Notes: generated from the sequence alone by a model not told the origin. 64,000 nt of DNA from Bacteroidales bacterium (GCA_038246075.1 JBBRRV010000002.1:6267-70266); one strand, 5' to 3'. Positions 9,066 through 18,650 are shown, counted from the stretch's first letter. Program-made: numbers and translations.

Positions 9066-9749
9066 ATGAAAACACTGAACAAGACTATCCTCCTGTCGGT
9101 AGCAGCGTTGTTGTTATCGTTTGGCGCATTTGCACAGGATTGCGCCGGTTATTACCCTGTTAAAGAAGGTGCCGTACTGGCTTACAGGAATTCTGATGAC
9201 AAGGGCAAAGTCACTGCTACTACCAAACAGACCATACTACGTAAAAAAGCAACTGCTAAAGGCTTTGACTATACTGTTAAAAGTGAAGTGTGGGATGCAA
9301 AAGACAAACTTGTGTCAGAAGCAGATCTTACCATGCGGTGCGAAAGTGGAGTATTCTATATGGATATGAAGAATTTCATGGATACCAAATCGATGGGCGA
9401 TATGAAAGATGTGCAGGTAGAATTTAGTGGTGTTGATCTGGAACTTCCCGCAAAATTAACCGTGGGACAATCTTTGCCCGATGCCAGTATGACCATGGTC
9501 ATGGGCATCATAAAAATGACTGTTAACATAACAAACCGTAAAGTTGCTGCAGCGGAGAGCATCACGGTACCGGCAGGTACATTCGATTGCCTTAAGATAA
9601 CCTACGACATGGAAACCAAGGCATTGTTTAAAATGAAAGCCTCAGCAGCACAATGGCTGGCAAAGGGGCCTGGTGTTGTGAAAACTGAAACCTACGATAA
9701 AAAGGGTAAAGTTTCAAGTTCGCAGGTGCTTACGGAATACAAGCATTAG
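9066..9749 (+). CDS. Secreted hypothetical protein
   Basis: 227-aa ORF with signal peptide MKTLNKTILLSVAALLLSFGAFAQ. A TATATTTG box lies 20 nt upstream and a hairpin plus T-run lies downstream. Confidence 0.7.
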   Translation: MKTLNKTILLSVAALLLSFGAFAQDCAGYYPVKEGAVLAYRNSDDKGKVTATTKQTILRKKATAKGFDYTVKSEVWDAKDKLVSEADLTMRCESGVFYMDMKNFMDTKSMGDMKDVQVEFSGVDLELPAKLTVGQSLPDASMTMVMGIIKMTVNITNRKVAAAESITVPAGTFDCLKITYDMETKALFKMKASAAQWLAKGPGVVKTETYDKKGKVSSSQVLTEYKH

Positions 9750-9840
9750 TGTTGCGCTCAGGTTGTCCGAAAACCTAATATCACGTTAAAAGACAACCTC
9801 CATGACTTATTGCACAAACAGGTACTAACATGAATAAAAA

Positions 9841-9869
9841 TTCCCTCCACCTTTGGGGGGATTTTTTTT
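9841..9869 (+). terminator. Candidate rho-independent terminator
   Basis: ttccctcc-accttt-gggggga (7 pairs including one G-U), followed by an 8-nt T run. Confidence 0.5.
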
Positions 9870-9924
9870 CGCTTAAAAATACGATCTTTGCATATAGCAC
9901 CACAATGCTGTCAAAATCCAAAAC

Positions 9925-12012
9925 TTGAAAATCAACATTCTTGCCGCTTACCCAATATGGATGGTTCTGCTTTGCCTCCTTGCAGGTGCAGCTTATGCGG
10001 CCGTGTTGTATTACCGTAGCCTGATTCCCGACAATACTCCGCGTCTGGTATGGATACTGGCAATACTGCGTTTTCTGGCTGTAAGCTTCATAGCGCTCCT
10101 GCTGCTGTCACCTATGATACGTAATATAAGCCGGCGATCGGAAAAACCGATTGTAGTATTGGCGAATGATCAATCACAGTCAATTGCTGCAGGTTCAGAT
10201 TCAATGTTTTACAGAAAAGTTTTTGTAGGAGAGATGGAAAAACTTGCCAGGGAACTGAGCGAAAAATATGATGTAAGGACATACGGATTCGGCGATAAGC
10301 TTATGAATGGTTTTAACAATAAATATATCGGCAAACATACCGATATGGCCCAACTCTTCAGCGAGATCGGCACACGTTATGCCAACAGGAACGTGGCAGC
10401 CCTTGTGCTTGCCAGTGACGGGATTTATAATATGGGCCTCGACCCGCTCTATGCCGCTGAAAACGTCAGCTACCCTGTTTACACGATCGCTTTGGGCGAT
10501 ACCAATGTTAGGTGCGATGTGGTCCTGTCTCACCTGCAATACAATTCAGTTGCTTACTTAGGAGATGATTTCCCTGTGGAAATGGAGGTTAATGCTTATA
10601 AAAGTAACGGACTCAGCACGGTCTTAACTATAATGCACGGGAAGGAAAAGCTGTTCAGTAAAGAGATCCGAATCACATCTGATAATTTCACACAAACTGT
10701 TCCGGTGAGGCTTAACGCATCACAGCGCGGAACGCAGCATTACCGCATCAGCCTTTCCCCCGTGAACAAAGAGATAAGTCGCAGTAATAACTCGGCAGAT
10801 ATTTTTATTGATGTGCTTGATGGCCGGCAAAAGGTACTTATTGTAGCATCTGCCCCTCATCCCGACATCTCTGCCTTGGACCAGGCAATCGGTAACAACC
10901 GTAACTACGAAGTCACCGACAGGCTCACGGATAACCTGAATGAACCATTGGCACAGTATAGCCTTATCATTCTTCATCAGGTTCCTTCGCTCACTGAAGC
11001 ATCTTCAAGGTTGCTGCAGGATGTGAGGACTGCCGGGATTCCCGTGCTATACATTCTGGGCGCTCAGTCAGCATTGCCACTCCTGAACGGATTGAAAACC
11101 GGAGTTTCCATTGCCTCCGGAAATGGCAGTACCCATGAAGCGTTGCCTGTTGTTGCATCAGGGTTTGCGCTTTTCACACTTTCCGATGATATGCGCAAGG
11201 CGTTCCAGGAGTTTCCTCCGCTCTGGAGCCCATTCGGGCAATACCGTACCGCCACTTCAGCTACTCCCATGCTTTACCAGCGTATCGGATCAGTTACAAC
11301 CGAAATGCCTTTGCTGCTTTTCAACCAGGGACCAGCGGTTAAAAGTGCAGTGCTTTGCGGAGAAGGAATCTGGCGTTGGCGCATGAGTGATTTTGCCCGT
11401 CATGGAAATCATCAGCTTTTTGATGAAATGATGCATAAAATTGTTCAGTACCTTTCTGTGAAACTGGATAAAAGCCTTTTCAGGATCATCCTTAAAAATC
11501 ATTATCCTGAAAACGAAACGATCGAAGCCAATGCCGAAGTCTATAACGATAGTTACGAACTGGTGAACGAATCCGATGTGTCGATGGATATCGTGGATGA
11601 GAATGGTAAAAAGTTTACCTACACTTTTGGACGGACCACAAATGCATATCATCTCAACCTGGGAAATTTTTCTCCGGGGGTTTACAACTATTCAGCGCAT
11701 GTATCATATGGCGGAAAGCAGTTTAACCGTAAGGGAGAATTTGTAGTAACTGCATTGAATGTCGAATCGGCTGTAACTGTCGCAAATCATCATCTGCTTT
11801 ATAACCTGGCAGGCCGTCATGGCGGAACGATGCTCTATCCCGGAACCATGCAATCGGTTAAGGATCTGCTGGCCAAACGCGATGATATCAAAACAGTCGT
11901 TTATGCCGAGCGTCGTTATACCGACCTTATCAATATTTTCTGGGTTTTCGTATTAATAGTTACGCTGCTTGGTATCGAATGGTTTTTGCGAAAGCGGGCC
12001 GGGGAGTATTAA
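9925..12012 (+). CDS. Membrane protein with an N-terminal double-transmembrane (BatA-N-like) region and a C-terminal TM anchor; function unknown
   Basis: 695-aa ORF. The track start at 9925 is TTG; the first in-frame ATG is at 9961. Hydrophobic N-terminus IWMVLLCLLAGAAYAAVLYY and a second TM; C-terminal TM INIFWVFVLIVTLLGIEWF. Confidence 0.6.
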   Translation: MKINILAAYPIWMVLLCLLAGAAYAAVLYYRSLIPDNTPRLVWILAILRFLAVSFIALLLLSPMIRNISRRSEKPIVVLANDQSQSIAAGSDSMFYRKVFVGEMEKLARELSEKYDVRTYGFGDKLMNGFNNKYIGKHTDMAQLFSEIGTRYANRNVAALVLASDGIYNMGLDPLYAAENVSYPVYTIALGDTNVRCDVVLSHLQYNSVAYLGDDFPVEMEVNAYKSNGLSTVLTIMHGKEKLFSKEIRITSDNFTQTVPVRLNASQRGTQHYRISLSPVNKEISRSNNSADIFIDVLDGRQKVLIVASAPHPDISALDQAIGNNRNYEVTDRLTDNLNEPLAQYSLIILHQVPSLTEASSRLLQDVRTAGIPVLYILGAQSALPLLNGLKTGVSIASGNGSTHEALPVVASGFALFTLSDDMRKAFQEFPPLWSPFGQYRTATSATPMLYQRIGSVTTEMPLLLFNQGPAVKSAVLCGEGIWRWRMSDFARHGNHQLFDEMMHKIVQYLSVKLDKSLFRIILKNHYPENETIEANAEVYNDSYELVNESDVSMDIVDENGKKFTYTFGRTTNAYHLNLGNFSPGVYNYSAHVSYGGKQFNRKGEFVVTALNVESAVTVANHHLLYNLAGRHGGTMLYPGTMQSVKDLLAKRDDIKTVVYAERRYTDLINIFWVFVLIVTLLGIEWFLRKRAGEY

Positions 12013-12018
12013 AGGCGA

Positions 12019-12042
12019 CTGCACGGCTGCACGGCTGCACGG
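12019..12042. repeat. Tandem octamer (CTGCACGG) x3 between convergent genes
   Basis: Read directly: ctgcacgg ctgcacgg ctgcacgg. The same octamer occurs once in the dnaA terminator loop (18716-18723). Confidence 0.9.
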
Positions 12043-12051
12043 TTACAAGCG

Positions 12052-12483
12052 TTACTCACCAACCATGCTGCCCAGCAGGCTCCTGGCCATATGCGATATT
12101 GTGAGGAATGCGTCGAGTTTGCGGGCCCGGTTGTATTCGTTCAGGGCACCGACATTACGCCCTGTTTTCTGGAGACAACTCGCTTTATAAAGATGGGCAT
12201 CCACATTATCGGGATTCAGTTTAATGGCAACGTCAAAATCACGGATGGCTCCTGCAATATCCCCAAGCAGATATTTATAATAGCCCCGGCGGAAATATGA
12301 TTCATCATAAAGGGGATTCAGGATAAGAGCTTTGGTGCAATAACCGAGGGCGTCCTGGTATTTGTTGCTATTCTCCATAATGGTGGCCTGACGCAGGCAC
12401 GCATTAACATCCTCCTGCTGTGCCCTGGCAAAAAAGGTTAACGAGATAAGCATTATGGTTAATAATAACTGAATTCTGATCAT
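12052..12483 (-). CDS. Secreted tetratricopeptide-repeat protein
   Basis: 143-aa ORF with a signal peptide ending FFARAQQ. TPR-like helices (ALGYCTKALILNPLYDESYFRRGYYKY, AIRDFDVAIKLNPDNVDAHLYKA). Confidence 0.75.
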   Translation of the reverse strand: MIRIQLLLTIMLISLTFFARAQQEDVNACLRQATIMENSNKYQDALGYCTKALILNPLYDESYFRRGYYKYLLGDIAGAIRDFDVAIKLNPDNVDAHLYKASCLQKTGRNVGALNEYNRARKLDAFLTISHMARSLLGSMVGE

Positions 12484-12637
12484 CTGGAAGGAAGTGTAAA
12501 ATGAAGTTACAAAAAAAAATAATTAAGCAGGAGCGTTTCAATATTTTGGACGTTCACCAGGTTGAAAAGTTACTTCCCTGAGCTACATTTGTTGCCATTG
12601 GCTGCGAGGAATTTGCCACTTGTCTGGCAATTTGTCT

Positions 12638-12645
12638 TATCTTTG
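12638..12645 (+). promoter_or_regulatory. -7 box TATCTTTG with an upstream TTTG (12612-12615)
   Basis: 46 nt upstream of the ATG at 12692 (PBP1A ORF start). The TTTG lies 22 nt upstream of the box. Confidence 0.5.
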
Positions 12646-12691
12646 CTGCATTCCTGCTTAGCTATTTCAGCCGGATCATTTCAAGCTCTTA

Positions 12692-15136
12692 ATGGTGCCC
12701 ATTAAAACATTTATAGCTTTTGTTCAAACGAATATTTCCCGGATTCGCCGGTCGCATTTTGCAACGGTAATAAATCGTTTTACAAACAAAGCATTTATCC
12801 TGGCCAATATCTCCCGCTTTCGCCAGTCGGGGTTCGGCACATTCATCATTCGCTTTACAAAAGGCATGTTTCGTATCCCCCGCCAGGCGTCGTGGTGGAT
12901 GAAAATATTGCTTGCCGGCATTTATAGCCTGGCCGTGTTCTTGCTGATTATGCTATTGGTAGATATTAATTTCCTGTGGCTTTTTGGCGATTCTCCCAGG
13001 ATAAGCGAATTAAAAAATCCTCAGATGAATATCATTTCTGAGCTATATTCCGCCGATGGCAAAAGGATAGGTTCCTATTACATCGAAAACCGATCGCCCG
13101 TCGAATACAGAGAACTCTCGCCAAACCTTATCAATGCGCTCATCGCTACAGAGGATGTGAGGTTCTATAAACATCATGGCATCGATTTCAGGGCTACCCT
13201 GGCAGTGCTCTGGGATTTGCTCCACGGACAACGCCGCGGCGGAAGCACCATTACCCAGCAACTGGTTAAAAATCTTTTCAAAACACGACAGCATTATTCT
13301 ACAGGTCTGCTGGGTAAAGTTCCGGGCCTCAGCACCCTGATCAGCAAAACCAAGGAATGGGTGAACGCAGTTAAAATAGAACTTTACTATTCCAAAGAAG
13401 ATATTCTAACCATGTATTTCAATACGGTAGATTTCGGCAGCCATGCTTTTGGCATCAAATCGGCTGCATCTACCTTTTTTGACACTTCACCCATACAACT
13501 TACCGTGAATCAGTCGGCTGTGCTGGTTGGATTGCTCAAGGCACCATCCTTTTACAGCCCCTTCCAAAATCCCGGTAATTCATTTAATCGCCGTAACAGC
13601 GTTTTGGATCAGTTGGCCAAATACAACTTTTTAGACAAAGTTAAGGCAGATTCCCTGAGTCGTCTGCCGCTCGGGTTAAAGTTAAAAACCAAGACCTATA
13701 CGGCAGAAGGTGCATCCTATTTCAGGGATGCCGTTGGTCGCAGCCTTCAGAAATGGTGCAGGGAGAACGGTTATGATCTGTATACCGATGGATTGAAGAT
13801 TTATACGACCATCGATAGCCGGATGCAAGGATACGCAGAGGAGGCATTGAAGGCTCATCTTAAGCGTCTTCAGTCGCGGTTCGACCGCGGCGATGCTGTT
13901 GACCTGCCATGGCTTGGGCCGGGAAATGTAAAAATTCCCGGATATTTCGAAGCGCTGGCCAGGGAAACGCCAACATATCGCCACCTGCAAAAACGTTTCG
14001 GCACTGGTAGCGATTCCATCCGCTATTATCTGCAGAAGCCGCATAAAATGCGGATTTTCACCTATAAAGGTGAACGTGATACGATCATGAGCACCCTGGA
14101 TTCCCTCAAACATTATAAACTTTTCCTGCAATCGGGATTTGTATCCATGGATCCACGCGATGGTTTCGTTAAAGCCTGGGTAGGAGGGATCGACTTTAAT
14201 TATTTCCAGTTCGACCATGTGAGCCAATCACGCCGTCAGCCCGGTTCGCTTTTTAAGGCCTTCGTATATGCTGCAGCCATTGACAACGGTTACGGTCCTT
14301 GTGATAAGATGACTGATATGCCTGTATCTATAAATTATACAGAAAAAGGTGAGAAGAAGACCTGGGCACCCCATAATGTCGATTGGTCGCATACAGGAAC
14401 ACCCATGACTTTGAAGTACGCTTTTGCCAAGTCGGTTAACTCCATCGCCGTTCAGGTAACGGAGAAAATAGGATGGGAGAAAATTATCGCTTATGCACAT
14501 CGTTTGGGTGTGCATACGGAACTGGAAAACGTGCCCTCAGTTTGCCTGGGATCGAGTGATGTTACACTGCTCGAAATGGTAAATTCCTATTGCTGCTTTG
14601 TCAACGACGGCTACCTGATCGACCCTGTACTGGTAACGCGTATTGAGGACAAGGATGGGAATATCCTTTATGAATATAAGCCTGAGAAAAAACAGGTGCT
14701 GAGTTATGAAACGGCCTTTTTAATGGGGATCATGCTGCGTGCCGGGCTTACAGAACCGGGAGCGACAACCGGAGGGCTTTGGGAATACGATCTGTTTCAT
14801 TCCGATACCGAGTTTGGTGGCAAAACCGGAACATCTTCCAATTATGCCGATGGCTGGTTTATCGGCATTTCGCCAAAACTGGTATCAGGTGCCTGGGTTG
14901 GCAATGACGACAGAAGTATCCATTTTCGCACCTCTATGGCCGGAGAAGGCTTAAGGACGGCACTGCCGGTTGTGGGTAAATACCTTGAGAAAGTGATGAA
15001 GGATAATACCCTTTCAGAATGGAGGGGAATGTTCGACAAACCAAAGGAAAAGATCAGCAAACCATATGGCTGTCAGACCTATTTGCCAAAAAACGATTCT
15101 CTCATTCTACTCCAGGACTCGCTTGTTCCTGAATAA
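12692..15136 (+). CDS. mrcA: Class A penicillin-binding protein 1A (transglycosylase/transpeptidase); start uncertain (12692 or 12899)
   Basis: Transglycosylase EDVRFYKHHGID; transpeptidase GSLFK (SxxK), SVNS (SxN), KTGTS (KTG). TM segment MKILLAGIYSLAVFLLIMLLV begins at the ATG at 12899. 12692 is the first ATG after a TATCTTTG box at 12638. Confidence 0.9.
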   Translation: MVPIKTFIAFVQTNISRIRRSHFATVINRFTNKAFILANISRFRQSGFGTFIIRFTKGMFRIPRQASWWMKILLAGIYSLAVFLLIMLLVDINFLWLFGDSPRISELKNPQMNIISELYSADGKRIGSYYIENRSPVEYRELSPNLINALIATEDVRFYKHHGIDFRATLAVLWDLLHGQRRGGSTITQQLVKNLFKTRQHYSTGLLGKVPGLSTLISKTKEWVNAVKIELYYSKEDILTMYFNTVDFGSHAFGIKSAASTFFDTSPIQLTVNQSAVLVGLLKAPSFYSPFQNPGNSFNRRNSVLDQLAKYNFLDKVKADSLSRLPLGLKLKTKTYTAEGASYFRDAVGRSLQKWCRENGYDLYTDGLKIYTTIDSRMQGYAEEALKAHLKRLQSRFDRGDAVDLPWLGPGNVKIPGYFEALARETPTYRHLQKRFGTGSDSIRYYLQKPHKMRIFTYKGERDTIMSTLDSLKHYKLFLQSGFVSMDPRDGFVKAWVGGIDFNYFQFDHVSQSRRQPGSLFKAFVYAAAIDNGYGPCDKMTDMPVSINYTEKGEKKTWAPHNVDWSHTGTPMTLKYAFAKSVNSIAVQVTEKIGWEKIIAYAHRLGVHTELENVPSVCLGSSDVTLLEMVNSYCCFVNDGYLIDPVLVTRIEDKDGNILYEYKPEKKQVLSYETAFLMGIMLRAGLTEPGATTGGLWEYDLFHSDTEFGGKTGTSSNYADGWFIGISPKLVSGAWVGNDDRSIHFRTSMAGEGLRTALPVVGKYLEKVMKDNTLSEWRGMFDKPKEKISKPYGCQTYLPKNDSLILLQDSLVPE

Positions 15137-15383
15137 TTGCTGAAATGAACAAAATTTATCTGAACATGTTTTAAATGAGTAAATTCGCTGGCTTTTTGGA
15201 GGGAGGTTATTCCCCCGGTCAATTAGCCTTTCATACAGCAATTACTCGGTAAGCAGAAATAAAAAAACGGTTTGAAATAAATAGCAAAATAGAAATAAAC
15301 AGTCATTAGACGCGCTGATCAAAAACACTAACGGTGTCCCATTTACAAATAATCTCTATTCACAAACAATCATACAAATTCGC

Positions 15384-15893
15384 ATGCAAATAGAAAAAAA
15401 CAAAGTTGTTTCACTCACATATGAGCTGAAGTACGACAGTGCACTTGGTGAGACTATCGAAGTTGCCGATAAACGTGATCCTCTGATATTTTTATTCGGA
15501 AATGGCGGAATGCTACCAAGGTTTGAAGAAAATCTAAGTAAAATGAAATCGGGCGATCATTTCGAATTTTTGCTCTCAAAGGACGATGCTTACGGTGATT
15601 TTACCGATGAGGCCATTGTTGAACTGAGCAAGGATATTTTCCTGATCGAAGGGGAAATTGACAACGAAATGCTTAAACCCGGCAGTTTCATCCCGATGCA
15701 GGACCAGGACGGTCATCCGCTCCAGGGCAAAGTGCTATCCGTAGATGAGAATAACGTAAAGATGGACTTTAACCACCCCATGGCAGGCAAGAATCTGCAT
15801 TTTACGGGCGAAATCGTGGAAGTACGTGATGCTTCCGATGAAGAACTCAGCCACGGGCATGTTCACGGACACGGCGGACATCAGCACGAATAG
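15384..15893 (+). CDS. slyD: FKBP-type peptidyl-prolyl isomerase, SlyD-like, with a His-rich tail
   Basis: 169-aa ORF. KVVSLTYELKYD...LIFLFGNGGMLPRFEENL and the C-terminal HGHVHGHGGHQHE are typical of SlyD. Confidence 0.85.
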   Translation: MQIEKNKVVSLTYELKYDSALGETIEVADKRDPLIFLFGNGGMLPRFEENLSKMKSGDHFEFLLSKDDAYGDFTDEAIVELSKDIFLIEGEIDNEMLKPGSFIPMQDQDGHPLQGKVLSVDENNVKMDFNHPMAGKNLHFTGEIVEVRDASDEELSHGHVHGHGGHQHE

Positions 15894-15911
15894 CTGGTCG
15901 CATACAAAATG

Positions 15912-15950
15912 ATCCGGCATTTGCTTCCTTATCAGCAGCAGGTGCCGGAT
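15912..15950. terminator. Long-loop inverted repeat between convergent slyD and methyltransferase genes
   Basis: atccggca ... tgccggat (8 bp perfect, 12 bp with one mismatch) and a 23-nt loop. Weak terminator candidate. Confidence 0.3.
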
Positions 15951-15992
15951 TATTATATCCCTGCAAACCATAGCTGGCTTGTGGGCTTAAAG

Positions 15993-16709
15993 CTAATATC
16001 CTTCGGAAATCAAAAAAACGGCTGGTCTTTTTCCCAGGACCGGCAGTTTCTTCTTCCATTCCCCCACCGTTTTTGTTGCAATAAATTCAGTTCCCAGCGT
16101 AATATCGCATGCAATGCAAAGCAGGGTGGCAGGGCGGCAATGCTGAATGATGGATTCCAGCAGCGGGGCATTCCTGTACGGCGTTTCGATGAAAAGTTGC
16201 GTTACATGGTTTGTATAGGCTTCTTTCTCCAATATTTTTATTTTTTGGGCGCGTTCATCGGTTTTTGCCGGCAGGTAACCATGGAAGGTGAAATGTTGCC
16301 CGTTCATGCCCGAGGCCATCAGCGCCAGTAGCAATGAGTTGGGGCCTACCAGGGGCACAACGGTTATTCCGGCAAGATGTGCCTGCCGCACAATGACCGA
16401 TCCCGGATCGGCAATGCAGGGTGTTCCTGCCTCTGATAATAAACCAATATCACTTCCGTTTTTGGCCGATTGCAGGTAGGCTGCAGTTTCTGCTTCCAGC
16501 GTGTGCTCATTGAGCACGTGCAGTGTAACTTCATCGAATGATCTTGTATAACCGATGCTGCGCAGGAAACGCCTTGCTGTGCGCTCTTCCTCAACGATAA
16601 ATTCATTCAGCCTGAATATAATATCCATATTGAAAGCCGGCAGAGCTCTTTCGGGGGCAACCGGACCGAGCAGGGCCGGGATTAAATATAATTTTCCTTT
16701 GGAAGTCAT
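15993..16709 (-). CDS. SAM-dependent methyltransferase, tetrapyrrole-methylase (RsmI-like) fold
   Basis: 238-aa ORF. GKLYLIPALLG start and GTPCIADPGS motif of the TP_methylase superfamily. Confidence 0.7.
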   Translation of the reverse strand: MTSKGKLYLIPALLGPVAPERALPAFNMDIIFRLNEFIVEEERTARRFLRSIGYTRSFDEVTLHVLNEHTLEAETAAYLQSAKNGSDIGLLSEAGTPCIADPGSVIVRQAHLAGITVVPLVGPNSLLLALMASGMNGQHFTFHGYLPAKTDERAQKIKILEKEAYTNHVTQLFIETPYRNAPLLESIIQHCRPATLLCIACDITLGTEFIATKTVGEWKKKLPVLGKRPAVFLISEGY

Positions 16710-16800
16710 GTGGTTTCTGATTTCAAAATTTCGCTATATCCGGATACTTCTTTACAATTACATTGAAATAAATAGAAATAAATAGTTTACAACATGTTTT

Positions 16801-16850
16801 TATGTATTTAAGGTATATCAATGTATATCAATGTATATCAATGTATTTAT
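16801..16850. repeat. Decamer tandem array, 5 units (ATGTATATCA type)
   Basis: tatgtattta aggtatatca atgtatatca atgtatatca atgtatttat. Same family as the TTCAATGTAT decamers elsewhere. Confidence 0.9.
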
Positions 16851-16877
16851 TGGAATACCTGATCATGCGTGTAATTT

Positions 16878-17819
16878 TCAAAACGGCAGATCATTGAGAT
16901 CTACATTTCCTCCCGACAAAATGATCCCGATGCGCAATCCTTTATGTTCGAATGTGTTTTCCAGAAGTGCTGCCAGGGGCACTGCCGAGGATGGTTCCAC
17001 CAGGATCTTCATACGCTCCCATATCATGCGCATAGCCTGAACAATGCCTGCTTCGCTGGTACGCACGATCTGGTGAACATGCTCCCGAATAATGGGATAT
17101 GTAAGCGTTCCCAGGGAAGTGCGCAACCCGTCGGCAATCGTGTTCGGATTTACCGATGGAATTAAACGCTTTTGATAGAACGACTGGTATGCATCATCCG
17201 CCTGGAGTGGTTCCGCCGCAATTACACTGGACGAGGGCGAAAAATAGGCTACTGACAGTGCTGTACCACTCAGCAGACCACCTCCTCCTACAGGAGCCAT
17301 AATTATGTCGAATTTTCCGCCTTCTTCAATTAACTCTTTGGCAGCAGTGGCTTGTCCGGAAATTATGCTGTAGTCATTGTAAGGATGGATCTCAGCGGCA
17401 TTGGTTTGCAAAAGGATTCTGGCCAGCGTGTCTTCTCTTGCCTGAAGTGTTGGTTCGCAAAGGGTTATGATTCCTTTGTAATGTTCAACCGCAGCGATTT
17501 TCACCCTGGAAGAATTGGAGGGCATTACGATATAAGCTTGGATACCCCTGAGGCTTGCAGCAAGGGCCAGGGCTGCTGCGTGGTTGCCGGAGGAGTGCGT
17601 AGCGACGCCATGGCTCATTTCTTCTTCTGAAAGGCTGAAAACGGCATTACTTGCTCCCCGGAATTTGAATGCACCCACTTTCTGGAAGTTTTCACACTTA
17701 AATACCAGTTCAGCGCCAACCATTTCATTAATGGCCCGGCTTGTCATCAGAGGAGTGCAGTGGATATATGGATGGATGCGGCGATGGGCGGCTTCTATCA
17801 TTTCAGGTGTTGGAAACAT
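16878..17819 (-). CDS. PLP-dependent serine/threonine dehydratase (serine racemase family)
   Basis: 313-aa ORF. PLP-lysine motif ENFQKVGAFKFRGA, HSSGNHA, and glycine loop APVGGGGL. Confidence 0.85.
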   Translation of the reverse strand: MFPTPEMIEAAHRRIHPYIHCTPLMTSRAINEMVGAELVFKCENFQKVGAFKFRGASNAVFSLSEEEMSHGVATHSSGNHAAALALAASLRGIQAYIVMPSNSSRVKIAAVEHYKGIITLCEPTLQAREDTLARILLQTNAAEIHPYNDYSIISGQATAAKELIEEGGKFDIIMAPVGGGGLLSGTALSVAYFSPSSSVIAAEPLQADDAYQSFYQKRLIPSVNPNTIADGLRTSLGTLTYPIIREHVHQIVRTSEAGIVQAMRMIWERMKILVEPSSAVPLAALLENTFEHKGLRIGIILSGGNVDLNDLPF

Positions 17820-17888
17820 CTGGATAATTTTAATATTATTTTAAGTTGTGCGCGAACGTTTCGGGATTTTCTTTTGCAGGAACAGCCT

Positions 17889-18353
17889 TTAACCGCCATT
17901 TTGAAGTTTATTGGCAATGACATCAGCTGCCTGGTTCAGCAGATCGAATACTGATTCAAAATCGCTTATTTTACCATAATAGGGATCGGGTAAAACATCA
18001 TTTCGTCCGGGACTCAAGGCGTTGAGGATAAAATCAACTTTAAGGCGGTCACTATCATTCCGGGCAACCTGCATGACATCGCTGTAATTTTTGTTGTCCA
18101 TCACATAAATACGATCGAAGCGATCAAAGTCAGCCTGCTGGAATAATCTTGCCCGGTAGCCCAAAATGTCGATGCCGTTTTTACGGGCAACTTTTATGGC
18201 ACGCTCATCAGGTGCGTCACCTGTGTGGAAAGCCTCAAAACCCGCTGAGTCAACTTCAGCTTCAAGGCCAAAGGAATCAATCTTATGCTGCATAATACCC
18301 TCTGCAAGGGGCGATCGGCAGATATTGCCAAGGCAGACCATCAGTATTTTCAT
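17889..18353 (-). CDS. Low-molecular-weight protein-tyrosine phosphatase
   Basis: MKILMVCLGNICRSPLAEG (CX5R(S) P-loop) and a DPYY motif. The track start at 18389 is a TTG inside a heptamer repeat, so the ATG at 18353 is preferred. Confidence 0.9.
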   Translation of the reverse strand: MKILMVCLGNICRSPLAEGIMQHKIDSFGLEAEVDSAGFEAFHTGDAPDERAIKVARKNGIDILGYRARLFQQADFDRFDRIYVMDNKNYSDVMQVARNDSDRLKVDFILNALSPGRNDVLPDPYYGKISDFESVFDLLNQAADVIANKLQNGG

Positions 18354-18373
18354 CTTCTTTCTATATAAATTCC

Positions 18374-18408
18374 AAGCCCCAAGCTCCAAGCCCCAAGCCC
18401 CAAGTTCT
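18374..18408. repeat. Heptamer tandem array, 5 units (AAGCCCC; TTGGGGC on the minus strand)
   Basis: aagcccc aagctcc aagcccc aagcccc aagttct, ending 20 nt upstream of the phosphatase ATG. Confidence 0.9.
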
Positions 18409-18440
18409 AATTTTCAAGGTTAAAGGAGAAAGGTTGTCAG

Positions 18441-18590
18441 TTCAATTTGCTTCCATATACTTCAACCTACTTCTTTTTATGTGCATGTATTTCTGCGTAT
18501 TTCCATTTACTTCCATTTACTTCCATTTACTTCAATTTACTTCAAAATATTTCTATGTATTTCTATGTGTTTCAAAGTGTTTCAAAGTTT
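18441..18590. repeat. Decamer tandem array, 15 units in unbroken 10-bp register (TTCCATTTAC type)
   Basis: ttcaatttgc ttccatatac ttcaacctac ttctttttat gtgcatgtat ttctgcgtat ttccatttac x3 ttcaatttac ttcaaaatat ttctatgtat ttctatgtgt ttcaaagtgt ttcaaagttt. Confidence 0.95.
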
Positions 18591-18650
18591 CAAGTGAGTT
18601 CCTTTTTGCGCCATTGCTAAACTGTGGTTGACTTTCAACAAGGTTTCGTA

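Noticed and set aside
13682-14515. 181-aa and 95-aa minus-strand ORFs
   Set aside because: Antisense to PBP1A, which carries all the class A PBP motifs.
18441-18590. Possibility that the regular arrays are CRISPR arrays
   Set aside because: The units are 7-10 bp and directly abut each other with no unique spacers. No cas genes are present. CRISPR repeats are about 24-48 bp and separated by spacers.
18434-18631. 65-aa plus-strand ORF (MSVQFASIYFNLLLF...) across the decamer array
   Set aside because: It lies entirely within 10-bp tandem repeats that happen to lack stop codons. The peptide shows 10-residue periodic nonsense (IYFNLL/IYFHLL). There is no start context. It is an artefact of the repeat.
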